Source: Trichoplax adhaerens (Eukaryota; Animalia; Placozoa). Taken from it: a DNA stretch of 64,000 bases. The stretch lies in assembly GCF_000150275.1 (NCBI RefSeq), contig NW_002060943.1:1416832-1480831 (forward strand), in the 5' to 3' direction. The position numbers and the translations under genes are program-made. This document shows positions 1-14,136 of the stretch, piece by piece. The notes beneath the pieces were generated by a model, which ran no database searches, was not told where the DNA came from, and was given only the letters and a program-made list of their open reading frames with translations. How positions within the stretch are numbered: the first letter of the stretch is position 1; the number at the start of each line of letters is the position of its first letter.

Positions 1-641
1 GCACGAATGCTGGCAGTTCCTATCTAAGCGACATACTCGTACTTCACCGTGCGCTGTGGAATATGTGCCAACAGAAAGATGTAAATAACGCAAATCGATG
101 ATCGAATGTCAATCACGATAAAGGGTACAATCTTTATTCTGTGGATACCGCTGCTATGGTAGCCTTAATATTGCTTAAATAACCCTGAAGGAAAGAAATG
201 TAAGTTTAGTACCAATTAAAGCTCTGATCGAGAACACTGATATACTTTGAGAAGTAGTTCTGATGATTTTGGTTTGAAAGAAATCAATTGTTGTAGACTG
301 TTTTGACATTAAACGCAATATTATCAGATTCAATAGGACATTCACAAATCTTTAAAAATATTTACGATTGGGATATCTTGTTCGATTAAAGTAGTAGATC
401 CATGAAAATAGTGTTTTATGCCTTTACTATATATAAGCTTAATACATGTGAATTATAATGTTGACATCAGATAGAAGTACCATCAAGGCCTTAAGGGTGT
501 GCTAGCCGAGATATAATTTGCTCATCACATAAAAAGGCTTAATAAAAATAAGCACCATTGGTACATCGGTTTAGTCAAGTTACTCACTATTTCATATTTC
601 TTTTCCAATTCATTACACAAAATATAATTGCAGAAGGCGAT

Positions 642-2683
642 ATGGCTGAGTGGAATCAAAGACAAGAATTATCATATATGACTGATAGTATACCTATAAA
701 TACATCGATAATTTCCAGTAGCAGTAACAACGAAGATATAGGCAAGAGGTACCATAAAGTGTATGCATATTATCCAATTTTGTCTCGTTTATAAAAGTTG
801 CAATTTGCTCTTCCTAAATGTAATTATGGTTATACTATACTTCAATCGCTAGTCCTATTCAGAAAGACATCAATTCTCAGAATAAGACATCAGAAGTTGG
901 CAATCAGTATGTCTATTCTAGAACAAAACCAAAAAGTTACGCATTTATGCATATGAAAAAAAAATTAAAAGATAAAAATAATAAAACATGTAACGACACC
1001 AATAGTATCGATGGCAAAACACTCAATTCGCCAAAGAGGGAAATTCAATTCTCATCCAGAGCGAGCACTCTCTCTAATCAAGACATAATTCTTACTGATG
1101 ATAACGGTGAAAGAGAGTCTACATGGAATTATACAAGCCAACCCCCAACTCAAGTACCGGCACATATTAATCCGAAAGTTTACGAAGAATATGATAATGT
1201 ATACGACTTCGAGCCAAATAATGAATCATTTAATTATGATTATCATTTAGATGAATACCCTAATGAATATAACGATATGGAGAACAGCAACACACCAACA
1301 AATGCCGACTTAAATGTTAGCTATTCTTCCGTAGGTAGTAATATTAGAACATATCGATCAGATCATAGCACAGGGCAAGAATCCAACTACAAGCCATACA
1401 ATTTGCAAGATTATAAACGTATTGCTGACAAAAGTAACAAACTAGGAGGGTTAGGTCCAGATAAACTAAATAATGAATACCAAGAAAAGGTATATGAAGT
1501 GTTATCTAATGCTGAATTATAGCTCTTGTACATCACGCTGATCTTTGATCTATATAACATGTAGCAAGAACGGGCTTTCAAGCAACAAGAATATGCAAAA
1601 TTAATCCGTCAACAACATTTGAAGGAGAAAAAACGCTGGATTAGTAGAAACGCAAATAAGGAAGCTAATAATCAAAATCAACTATCAAGAGCGAAATTGG
1701 TATGGCAATATTGATCAATTATATATCATATGTTACTAAGGACTTTTAAATTGAATGAAAGCATACGTACAAACACATACCCGTATGATTGATTTTGTAC
1801 TATTACAAGCATATATTGCAATTGCAAATTATTTATAGATTATGTCTTATAGCTTTCTTGCATCTTTAGAAAATCCTCCGATCGTGCATTATCTAGTATT
1901 TCGAACTTCTGTAACTAAACCTATACTTTATAATGCTTACGACATGAATTTAGGTACTATTGAAAAGAGAACTATTACTGTAGTGCTGCAATTCATCGAA
2001 AAGGCCATTTAATTAAACGATACACAATTCAGGGACCTATATTGCTACACAACGGATTAGTGTTTAGTTTCGCTAGGCAGTTATCCTTTAAAATCGAAAT
2101 TTTTCTTTATAAAAGTACATGAAGATAATAAAGTAATACGTGTTTAGGATTTCGTATTAAGGAAATAACACGATGGATCTCTTTAAGCTACTATAGAAAG
2201 GTTCAATCAATGCTACCTCTATTATGAGAAATCTACTTACTAAAAACTCACCGAGTAGCTATTAACAGCCATTTGAATTACTCTTTCTGATGATTAATTT
2301 AGACATTTAATGCAATTAAATAATCATTATTGATTATCTAGGCAGCTGAATATGCTAAAAATATACCCCGACCAAAACCCGCTGCTAAGCCGAAGGAGAC
2401 TACCAATAACAAAGCATCACTAACAACAAAAAAAGGAAATCCTCAAACACAAAAAAAGTCGACAGAATTTAGCAACCGCAAGGTCGCGGTAAATTCGGCA
2501 GCTCGAAGCTTCACTTCAAAACATTCCATGACTATCTCCTCTGATAATTTGGCAAATTTCGTTCAAAATACAGAAAATGCTGATGCTGATGATACAAAAC
2601 TATCAGTAATTGAAATGCTAAAACAAAGACATGAGAGAGATAAATTAGCTGCAGCAAAAATAAAACAAAATCTAAAACTATAA
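642..2683 (+). CDS. JHY: JHY (C11orf63)-like ciliary protein, 4 coding exons (642-748, 853-1489, 1565-1699, 2342-2683), about 406 aa
   Basis: All junctions are GT-AG and phase-consistent. The spliced C-terminus contains YKPYNLQDY..KLGGLGPD..KQQEYAKLIR..AAEYAKNIPRPK..LKQRHERDK, which matches the conserved JHY C-terminal blocks as I recall them. Confidence 0.8.
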
Positions 2684-3981
2684 TAAGTTCATAATCGTTC
2701 AAACTCATTCAATATATCAAAGAGTACCTTACTAAGAAATTTCGCTTTATTTTTCTGGTAATTGAACGAAATTAACATGATACCTGCAGTATTTATAATG
2801 GCTAGATCCTTTAAAATCAACTCTGAACAATTTTAACCTATTGCGATGTACATTTGTAATATATTTCAAATTATTAGATATCCAAGGCTTAGTGTCAGAT
2901 TGTTATTTAGAATCGTTCGTATAAATTGACATAGTAGATGTTTATTACAGTTAACAAAATCTAATTTCAATGCAATGTAACTATTCAATATGTAATATAT
3001 ACTAAGCGTGTATATTTACTCTTGTAATTATATCAAATTACTTCTGCCTGCATCAATACTACTTGCAGCATGATGCTAACGCTATTATATTCACAAATAA
3101 AATAGATTTTATATCTATGAAGACTTGTATCTGGAGATAGAATTTCACTCTTACATTCTTAATGAAGTACCGTAATAGTTCAATAATACGTAACTGCTAA
3201 GTTTCATTTCTCATGATTTCACCAAGAAAACTATAAATAGGTTAGAATGCACATTTTGTATATGCCACAGAAGCGATTTCTGATGCTATTTCATTCCTTA
3301 ATTTTGCAAGTACCTTAACTTAGCTATGACGTGTGGAATATTACTACACTTATTATAAATTAAGTCTTTATTTAAAGCTTACAACTAAAATTAAGGCTTT
3401 AATATCTAAAAATAAGTTCATTAACACGATTACGGTAATATTCTCAAAGTTAACACTTGGCTAACTGAATATAGTAATGTCAAATAAGTCGTAAAGTGTT
3501 AGCTTCTTTTCTGATATACTAATAGATCAAAGCTGATCTTGTATACGGCACTTGATTTATTAGAGATTCGTAGCTTGTGGAAAAACCGACTATAAGTGCA
3601 CAAGGCTTGATTAATTAAATTTAATACCCCTTTGTATACCTTTGAGAAATCTGCTCTACAAAGACGATTATTATGAACAAAGTAGAAGGCTAGAAATAAA
3701 ATAAAATTTTTCGTCCACTTTAATTGCTCGTATTCTACTTGAATTAACACAAAGTATTCGATCAATACATATAATATACAATCATTTTATTTTTACATCA
3801 TAATCATGAAATCTGTATATCTCATAATATCTATAATGTTTCTGGCCTAGAATAATATCATCAAGCATCCCCCCAAAATATTATACAACTATATCAACCT
3901 ATTCATTATTTGTTAACAAAATACTTTGGTAGTATTTTTCAGTAATTTACATACGAGTATTTAGCAATGGAATTATTTAAT

Positions 3982-6900
3982 TCAAAAATCTTCATTGGTA
4001 CTTCTCCTATATTCGATATTAGATTGATGAAATATTGAGCGACGCCTTTTTCGAGTAATAGAAGGCCCAAATACTGAATCTGATATTTTTTGGCGATATT
4101 TACAGCAACATACAACTATTACAGTAATAATTACAAATGCCGCTAAGCAAGATATTAGAATAGGATAGAACAAATTATTATTTTCACTTGGTGGTATTGA
4201 AGATAAAGCGCTAGATTGCGTGGATGACGGTCCTTTATGATGTGATTGTGGTGTTGGTTGGTTAAGTGATTGTAACGAATGTTCCTTTGATGTAGATGTT
4301 GGTTTAATGGTGATTACTTTAGATGGTATTTGATCTAATAGCTTTGTTGACAATAATGAAGTTGTTGTCGACAAAGTTAATCGCCAATTCGATGATATTG
4401 AAGTTGAATATGAAGATGATGTAGTCATTAAAGTGGAAGATATGAACGATGATATTGACGTTGAATATGAAGATGATGTAGGCATTAAAGTGGAAGATAT
4501 GGACGATGATGCAGATGATGATGACTTTCGAAGATGCACTGGCAAAGTTGTTGTATAATAGGAAGTGCTACCTGATTTAACGGAAGAGCGTGAAGTTATT
4601 AATGATGAAGATTTTTCTGAAGGAGTTGATGACGAAGATAAAATTGTTAGCACTGATGAAGACTTTGCGGTTGGAATGGTTGATGAAAATGTCGTACTAA
4701 ATACCGAAGAAGAAGAAATCACAATGGAAGACGTTAGTAACGTAGTAGAAGCTATAGAGGTTAGCGAACTCTTTTGCGCAGAAGATACTACAGATGTTAA
4801 CGACGGAAACAAAGTTGTGGTAGCCTGTGTCGATGATTTAGTAGATACTGATGTAGGTATTGATGTAGACGATGATGCAATAACTTGTTTAGCAGTTCCG
4901 AAGCTATCAAGACTCCCACCATGACCTGTTGTATTGCAATAAGGAGGAGCGTAGCCATCATCGCAGTGGCAGTGACCCAAATTATTGCATATCTGTCGTA
5001 AAAATAATAGTCTTGTTACGATGAAGTTGGAATAAATAGATTATGCTGACTACAAATAGCATGAATTGTAATTTGAGTTGCATACATACCCCATGATTAG
5101 AGCAATGTTGTTCACTGCAATGATGAATATTAAGCGAGGATAACGATGTACATTTATGATTGAGGCAAATTTTATTTTCATCACATTTGGTGCCATCTGT
5201 AATTACGCCTGGATCTGGTACATCCGCTCCCATATCGATAACTGCACTAATGCATGTGAATTCTTTTCCTCCCTAGTTAAAACAACAAACACGCTTTCTG
5301 AGAACTAAAGCTACCCTTGATATATGCCTATCTTATAACTGCTTGTCAGTTTACCCCATAAAGTGTGGTTGATGTCCATACATAGGAAGAGCCAATAACA
5401 GGATGGCTAATATCTCCCTGGCACTGTAATTTACCACATCGAACATCTTGAGGAGCACATGCAATATAATTATCATTCACTTTATCACAATATCCTGCAC
5501 TATCTCCATTAGTATTCACGTAATACCAGCATACGCCATGGCCACTTTGAGCATTATCACCAAAGACAATTTTACACTGCTCATCATGTGTTAAACAAGC
5601 TCCATCGTAACAATATCCAGCTCCATTGGCGCAATCGATGCCAGTTTGCTTGACGATATTTGATGGACATTGGCTATCATGACCACTACAATATTCTGCT
5701 AAATCACAATCATTAACAGGCTCACGGCATAGTTCACCACGTTTTTGAAATTGACATTGATGACAGCAAGGTCCAGTACTGCAAGCAGCATGTGGCGCTA
5801 ACATACATGTGGAAGCATTACAGCAGTGATCTTGGCATTCAGAAACAGAGCCACAATCACATTGTTCACCTTCTTCAATAAATCCATTACCGCAGGATGG
5901 CTTAGTATATAGTTTTGTTGGAATATTAAATAAACACGAGCCTAAACCTTCAGAAAAGCTTTCTTCCAGATCTTGCTGACTACAACTGGAAAATTGGGTT
6001 GGTAATGGACCAGCAAGAACAGCAGACATAAAGCATCCCGTAGATGATATTTGACCATGGCAAGTACACTGTCGTACATCAGTATCATGCTGAAATCCCA
6101 AGTTATGCCCTAATTCATGGGCAGTAATTGCAGCTGTAAAATAAGGATTTTCTTGGGCCGCCATACTAATGCCAACCGAATTCGACATACATATAGTGGA
6201 AATAAATCCCATTCCTATGTAATTAGATGTTGCACCGTTAAAATGAGTTACAGCTAAAATCATTAAAGACTTGCATACACCATTTTCAAAACTGAACTTA
6301 AATAAATCTTAATGGAATTACCGACAGTCCCACCAGCGAGGTCTATACCAGTTAATAATTGCGCGTTATCATTAGGGTATTTTTCCAATTGACTAGAGCG
6401 ATAACCACTAAATCGATTCAATGTACCAAGTGTATCTGGTGTAACATCGATTTCGTCTTTAACATTCCATGTTATTAAGCCCGTGAGAGCAATTCGAACC
6501 TTTAATTGCTTAAATCCCATATCTAAAATATTAGCCACCTAAAGAGTAAGGTAAAATTTAATCTGGCTATAGTAGTCGACAATAAATTTCTGTAGAATAA
6601 CCGAATCCTAATCAATATAATTAATGAAATAAATCAATTACAATATGATATTACATTGCATACTGCCAACCTGTATAACATAATTTTTAATTAATTCATT
6701 TTCAAATTGAAATTGTCCAGCCAATCGGTTGTCTACTACTAGCAATAGCTCGATGTATTTCATATCACTATAAACATTACGTTTTTTACGAGCCATTTTA
6801 AGGAATTCCCTATAATAATCGTCACTGATTAAATCTGTTGGCATCTCATTAGATCTCTCATCTTCAAGTTCGCATCGATTAGAGCGCATCGTTCTACTAC

Positions 6901-8589
6901 TGTCTTTTGGATCGTACACGATATGATCATTATCATCCAAAATTTTTAAAGGCTCTATAATATAACTTTGATTCATCATCTGGACTAGTCCGTTCAAGCC
7001 ACGGCATGTACTGATGGCAGCTCCTGAATGATCGACAACCTATAACCCCAAAATAAAAATTTTAGAGCAGTTTATAGGATATCATCAATTATGGCACATA
7101 TGCATTTTCAAATAGCTACTGGCTTCAAATAGATGGCTTTCTTATAAATTGAGTTGATACACAGATTCTTTTTAGTATTTATCAAGCGAATTTAAAGATT
7201 ACATCGATTGAATTATGCTGTTTACGCTAATTGTATTCTGTTAACTGTGAGATCTGTTAATATCTAGAACTTTGAGGTTAGCCTTTGCGAATAAAACGTT
7301 CAACTTTTAGCTACAATATTGCAATCTTGATATTAGGGATCTTATGGCCATGATACAGATGAACAAAACTTATGCGTAATTCCGATATAATAATGTAGCT
7401 TGTGAACATAGCAAGAACGGTATCTATGGTAGTATAAATTTAATAGATAATAATCATTAATCGTATTAACTTAGTCATAATTATCATTTAATTATACATG
7501 TGAAATAAAATGGGCCCAAATAAAAGTGTCATTAAAAAAGAGATTCTATCTAGTCAGCAATCATCATTATTTCAATATAGTACACCCTTTATGTAAATAC
7601 GATTGAGTAAATATCAAGAATAATACAAGATTAGCAAGTGTAATCATACAGATATGATAGCAATAAATTCCAAAGTGTATTTTATATTCAGGGATAAACA
7701 AAAATTTGGATAAACTAATCCATGACCGCGTAAGAAATTAATTGTATTTCATCAGCAGTGCATGCTGGTAGTATATACCAGTTAGAACGATAGAGTTCAA
7801 ATTTTTCTCGATACTTTAACTCACTTTAATGCTCTGCAGGTTTTTTTTACTCTATTTTGTGCAAATGTCTTGCAACATCTAAGATTGACTATTACGACTT
7901 GGCGACAAGCTTACTTTATTTATTTTACCTTGCTCTGAAATATACTATTCATTTTTTTCTAATAAATGCATCGCAACAGCAACACACAGAGTACTATTAG
8001 ATAGTAGCATATATTATTTACTGGTAGTATAGATCATAAAGAGATTCTTCGTAGCGTTGAATACAGATGCGTGCTTTATGTAATAATTTATAAGGATATT
8101 CTATCTTTTAATCGGAAAAATCGATCTCTGTTTAATTCCGATATTAATACTACGATGGCAAATAACTTCTTTATCTACCTTTAAATTAAATATGAATACT
8201 ATTGCACTTTTTACATTGAGAATCGGAAAGCAAAAATAGCATTAACTAACCTTGCCATTAATTTTAACAACTCCATGATAAAAGCATCCGTCGATTTGAT
8301 GATCTAGGATAATTCCTCGGCCATCAGCGGCTTGAAGTTGATGAAAAAAATTAGCTGTCAGCAGTTCTTCATTGCGGCGTAAATCCAACACAATATCTTG
8401 ATCAAAAATAGACAAGCTATACTTGCGGCGGTTAAAATGATTAGTTGATGGATCAATCTGTCTTGGTCTAGTAACATGATATTTACCAGTTGCAATATGA
8501 GTAATTGATTTGCAGTGAACTAGTTTAAAATAGGTGATAGTTTGTTGGAAAAGAATATAATATAAAAGCCATGTAACAAGTTTCATCAT
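3982..8589 (-). CDS. ADAM-family (reprolysin/M12B) membrane metalloprotease, 6 exons (8589-8251, 7039-6671, 6538-6322, 6214-5355, 5272-5090, 4992-3982), about 992 aa
   Basis: Signal peptide, prodomain (CFYHG..AAISTCRGLNG), furin site RKKR, YIELLLVVD, zinc motif HELGHNLGFQHD with Met-turn CFM, disintegrin domain (CGNGFIEEGEQCDCG..CDLAEYC), Cys-rich and EGF domains, Ser/Thr stalk, TM helix (ILISCLAAFVIITVIVVCCC) and short basic tail. Splice phases check out. Confidence 0.93.
4391..4510 (-). repeat. 57-bp (19-aa) tandem duplication within the ADAM Ser/Thr stalk
   Basis: Two near-identical units of gatgatattgaagttgaatatgaagatgatgtagtcattaaagtggaagatatgaac, encoding ISSTLM(P/T)TSSSYSTSISS twice. 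Confidence 0.85.
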
Positions 8590-11500
8590 GGCCAAGTCAT
8601 GAACATTGTCAATGGTACCATAAAAAAATTTCTGGAAATGCCTTCATCGTCCAATAACAAGTGCTTATATTTCATTTCAAGCTTGTATCTAATTTACTTA
8701 GCGAATACGCAGGCCATAATTATAAAAAATAAATAGAAAATAAATCGGAGGGTAACATGATTGGAAAACATCATACACGATCTGGATATAGAACTCCATT
8801 AAAAGAGGATAATATGTAAGCCAAGTTATTGTTCATAGTATACAAGAACTGTTTAAAAATAATCTCCTCAATTTCAAAATAACAAATAACATGTCATTTC
8901 TTAACTCAATCAATTATTGGTGTATACGAAAGGTAGCCATGAACAAAAATAGAAGCGTTTAAATTTTCATTGAGGATATTAAAGACAGCCCTACGATTGC
9001 ATGGAATATGATATTTGAAAATCCCTGATCGCAACCGACTAACTTCAAATGAAATCTTCAGGGTATTCATGTTTGATTTTCAGATATCCAACTATTGCTT
9101 TAGATATTGTTAAAAGCGATTATCATTTAGATGGAAAACGGAGAAATTATCAAATCCAATGCGACCGAATACATCATTCGTTAGGTTAACTATTAAAATA
9201 GTTTGGAGTAGACAATACTATTTATGGACAGATACCGAAAAATATTTTTAGTAACAGTTATTTAATAGCAATAAAACATGCAATTTGCAATAACAATTCC
9301 ATATAAAACCTTTATAGCAAAATTGTTAACATCATCAATCAACAACCAGTATAGTGTAAAGTTATGCTTTTCATTCATATATGGTAATAGTAAAGAATTA
9401 CCATTCAAAATCGCAATCGCGAGTTCATAACCTTTGTAAAACGGAGACCGGGCCATTAGTCATGTTTTCATTTACCGTAATACTCTTTTGAGTCTCTTGG
9501 TAATAAAGTTGTTTTACATTTATTAAAAGCAATAAGTGTTTACTAGTGTTATCGAGTAAGCTAATCCCGGGACATCAAGACTAACTTGCCAAATAATATC
9601 TTATATTCTCTTCCGATGTTCTCGTAAAAACGTCGTGATTAAACCATGAATTCCAGTATAAAAGATATTTGAATTCATTTTATTAATAATGTCGAAATAA
9701 CACTTAAAAAGAAAATAATTGATGCCAAAGAATTGTGCCTCATTTCGTATTATAGTATGTACCTCTGGTAAGAAATAGTGAATTAATTTAAAATTGCTAA
9801 CAGCAAGTAATTGCTTAGTTCGCAAAATTTTCACAGAATTTGCATTGATAGCGTTGATTGCCTTTTCCTTTATTTCTAATACGGTAGTGGAAAAGCATCT
9901 CATATACGATACAATAGTAAAATCATCGATATGTTCAAGATATTATCAGAAAAATTTCCCAATAGACTTAAATTTCCAATAGATGAACATGATAAATCCC
10001 ATCCGACTGTCAAGTCATTCACGCCTAAATCATAACACAAGATTTTTCACGATAATCATTGTGCTATTTTGTTAAATGCAATGTTTAAGTGAATATCCTT
10101 GTTGAGTGGTGATAGAGCCAGTAGTGTTATAGTAATTACGACATTAATTAATTTAGAGTATTAGCTTTCAGAGTAGGTTATAGAATCAGATAATATCAGG
10201 TTAAATATACCTTAAAAGCAGATGGGTCGCGATTGAAAGATACCAATAGCCACCATGTTGTAATTTTTAACAACACTTCCGATTAATGACTTGTAAAGTG
10301 ATATTGCTCTGAAATGAAATTGTATGTACATTAAAAGAAAGTCTCCATTGCAGCATATTTAATTTATAGAAATCTTTATTCTTTTAGTTTAAAATCTCTC
10401 AATTTTGTTCATTTCCGTTAATTATAGCAAGTACATATTGGTTACATGTAAATATTATCATATTTGCGGGTACATGAAATCTTATCGGAATTATTCAACA
10501 TTTTCATGAAAATGAATCTTTTGACTGTATCTATTTTAGCCGAAACCTTTAAGTCTGACTGCTAAACATTGATTTATTGTCAATGATTCGGTTGCATTAA
10601 GTTAGATCTCGAATATATTATAATATTATAAGATAGAATGTGATTTAATCATACCGTAACTATTGAACGTTAAATTTTTTTTTGACACTCAAATAATTAT
10701 CATGTCCGCTTGCTTAGAAAAAGTCTGAGTTAACGTAAGGAATAAGCATCGGCTATCATACTTTTAACTCTGTGTAAATCCAGTATAAATTCTTTTAAGA
10801 TTGTCTAGAAAGTCCATAGAGATAAAAGCAAACTTCTAAGACAAGCGCTAATAGGATTTAGCGTTGAAAGATTGTCTATTACGGACTCGAACTAGGTGAT
10901 GAATCTTATCGACATTGCTTGTAACATTTTTATAAGATTTTAGCATGAGAAGAGACTCGTATGACTAAATTTAGTTAACCATTTCTATATTATAGCTTAT
11001 AATATTAGTAGTTAAGTTAACGATTATGTGACATCGTTGAACGAAATAGAAATTCTAAGGTGAACATTTTTCTTACTAGGTATCATATTTAATGCAAATA
11101 GTGCAGTAGAATAAAGCCATAACTTTTTGTTATATATTGCTTCTATCTTGCAGTAGCAAACGGCTAAATACAGTTATAATAGCGAAAATCATAGCATAAG
11201 TAACAATATTTATGATATCTAAATTAGATAAAAAGAATGAATAAATGTAATAAATTGCTCTGCAAATAGTGATTGATTGCATGCTCGTATATACTGTAAT
11301 TATTATTATCGCGATTTAATGCTAGCAAACTGAAAGTTCAAGTTCATAGCCCTGTGAATGAAACGAGGAGCTGATTCGTTCGAACAACAGAATATTTGAA
11401 ATAGTTCTATCGATGACGTATTCCAATCTAAATATTATCATTGCGATTACTATTATGATGTATTCAATTCAATCTATCTATCCAGGGTAGAATAATTTCC

Positions 11501-12987
11501 TCGATTTCTTATTTATTAATATGTTTAGCTTTAGTAAAAGATTTTGATGTATTGTATAATTCTACTGGAAGTAATCTAGGCTTATATTGAATGCCTTTTC
11601 ATTACTAAATAATTAGCGGACAAAATTCTTTTATGCTCTCACGCAATATCATCGATATGGCGAGAATAAAACACTCAGCTAAGGTGATTAGTTGCGATTT
11701 ATGATAATACTCACTAATTTCAGTTTTACGGTTCTGACAATAACAATAGTGTTTTATCCGATACATAAAAATGTCATATTAAACTCAGTTGATGAGTAAA
11801 GTTATTTCTCTTATTTCTTTTATTCTAATTAACCAGTATACGATAATAGTTTCATTTTCTTTTTCAAATAGCCTTTATTATTATAAAATTTACTATTTTA
11901 ATACAATTTTATCGATATATAACGTTATTATAATTGATTCAATTAAAGTTTATTTCCAAATTGTACAATAGGAGCGCATCTGTCCATCGACACAAAAAAA
12001 TACAATTATAGGCCATTTATGAAATCAATTTAAACAAGTATGATTAATTTGTATTAGAAAAATTACCATTTACTAACTAATAACCTTCAATAAACAATTC
12101 ATTGATACCACTAGTTATTCGATTGAAATCGATACTTAATATTAATAGGTATTCTTGTCTATCTTACTAATAATCTTTGTACAATAAGTATGATTGATGA
12201 TTATTTATAATAGGTGAAAATAAGCTACTGATTACAGCTGAATAATAAAGCCCGCAATAATATTTTAATAGTTTACAATAGAATATCAATTCAAAACCGT
12301 TCAACAATGGTTTAAATTATTCCTTTTACCGTAACCCTTAACCTTAATAGTTCTTAGTAATATTCCTAAAATTTTATTGCGCAGATCACCTTATGATAAT
12401 AATCGAATAAAGTTATAGTTAATATTAATGCTCACTTTTATATAATTTACAAAAATGTTAATACTATACTATCACTCTTGCTGTATATAGATCTATTACT
12501 GAGTACGGTTGTTATCCACCCAATGGCATGAAATACTGATATTAGCTAAAAGATAAATATAATATGGTACTGCTTATACAATTTTATGCTAAATGTTATA
12601 TTATCTAATCTCTACTACGCAATATGTTAGATTATATCTACAGATCACCAATGTATTTACCGTAAATACCAACTATTTATAATCTGTCCTTATTTATTTT
12701 TCATTTCTCAAATTAAAGATTGTTCCAATAGTTTAAATAAATCAATCTGTTAATTAACTACTAGCAATTAATTTTATCATGACAGGTGTTCCATAAGAGC
12801 GGAAGTAATGTCAGCAATGTAAAGTTTTTGAATATCATTAAGTACACTAATCCAATAAGAATTGTCTTTTTGGTAAAAGAGAGCTACACTATTAGATATT
12901 TAACATCCAGTCAGGTAGTTAGTCTTACTTACAGAAAGAGTGAAGGAAAGGCCTAGCTACAAATTCATTGAATAATGTAGTTTTTGC

Positions 12988-14136
12988 ATGTTATCGCAAA
13001 GTATGACAGCCTTGATGTTAAATTATCATTTCTACCGTTACAATACTTCTAATATCAGTGCTACCTCCATAGAGGTTACCAACATGTTTAATGCATCGGC
13101 TTTACCTACAGGAAACACCACAAATTCAATAACGATCGATTTGGCCTGGTTTACAATCGCCAATGCGACAATTTTAACCAACTTTGGTATGGCCCTAATT
13201 ATTTTATCAAAGCAACTTAACAAGACCGTTAATATAACTGTTTTAACTAGCATGTCATTTGTTGGTATGTTATTTGCTATTATTTACCTATATCCTCGAT
13301 TGGTTATACCTGATCTTAATGATATAAGTCCACTACTATGCAGTATTTTACCTCAAATTGGACATTTTACAATCATCAATTTAAATTTTCATGTCTGCCT
13401 TATTAGTTTAGATAAATTTTATTCTGTATCGGCACCATTTTCTTATCAAAAGCATGCTACTGTCAAGAAAGCTATTGTAGCTATCGTAGTAATATGGTTT
13501 ATCTCAGTTGTGATAACAACTTTACCATTATACACTTTTCGTAATATTCATGAGTCTCATAAATGCATATCTTACTCAAGCGATCTTCAAGCTGAACTTA
13601 TATTTCAACTATTCATTTATAGCACTTTCTTTTTCTTACCTCTGTTGATTATAATCGTGGTTTATGGTAGGTTAATTATGATATCCTGTAAAATAACAAG
13701 TAAATCAATGACTATTACAGTTGTTAGTCGTCAATGTAATCAATCTCATTCTAGACGAGCGATATCTACTAGAAACATTGTTAAAAATCGTAAAGCAATT
13801 GTACAAACAGCTGTTATAATCGGTATCTTCATAGTATTACAAACACCATTTGTTATAGCTTTCCTAGTTATTCAACTGGATTTACATCCTTCAGAATCAG
13901 ATGTACTAGCTATTAAAATAACACGATTTTTGGCATTTTCCTATCCAGGAATTAATCCTTTGGTATATGCCTACTATACAGCCGATATTAAGAGTGCGAT
14001 CACTAGAATATTTCATCGATCGTTGCTGCCATCACAACAGCAGCATCGTGTATCCAAAAGTTTTGCTATGACGCCGTCAACTACCCTTCAATTAATGGCG
14101 TCAATAGAGCACGGTCGTCAAGATAAGGCCCTCTAG
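12988..14136 (+). CDS. Single-exon class A (rhodopsin-like) orphan GPCR; true start may be a downstream ATG
   Basis: 382-aa ORF with seven hydrophobic segments, N-terminal N-glycosylation sequons, TM3 Cys, ISLDKFYSV (DRY variant), TM4 Trp, ECL2 Cys, FFLPL in TM5, QTPF in TM6 and NPLVY in TM7. Confidence 0.92.
   Translation: MLSQSMTALMLNYHFYRYNTSNISATSIEVTNMFNASALPTGNTTNSITIDLAWFTIANATILTNFGMALIILSKQLNKTVNITVLTSMSFVGMLFAIIYLYPRLVIPDLNDISPLLCSILPQIGHFTIINLNFHVCLISLDKFYSVSAPFSYQKHATVKKAIVAIVVIWFISVVITTLPLYTFRNIHESHKCISYSSDLQAELIFQLFIYSTFFFLPLLIIIVVYGRLIMISCKITSKSMTITVVSRQCNQSHSRRAISTRNIVKNRKAIVQTAVIIGIFIVLQTPFVIAFLVIQLDLHPSESDVLAIKITRFLAFSYPGINPLVYAYYTADIKSAITRIFHRSLLPSQQQHRVSKSFAMTPSTTLQLMASIEHGRQDKAL

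Noticed and set aside
4565-4924. Acidic 119-aa plus-strand ORF
   Set aside because: Antisense shadow of the Ser/Thr codons of the ADAM stalk.
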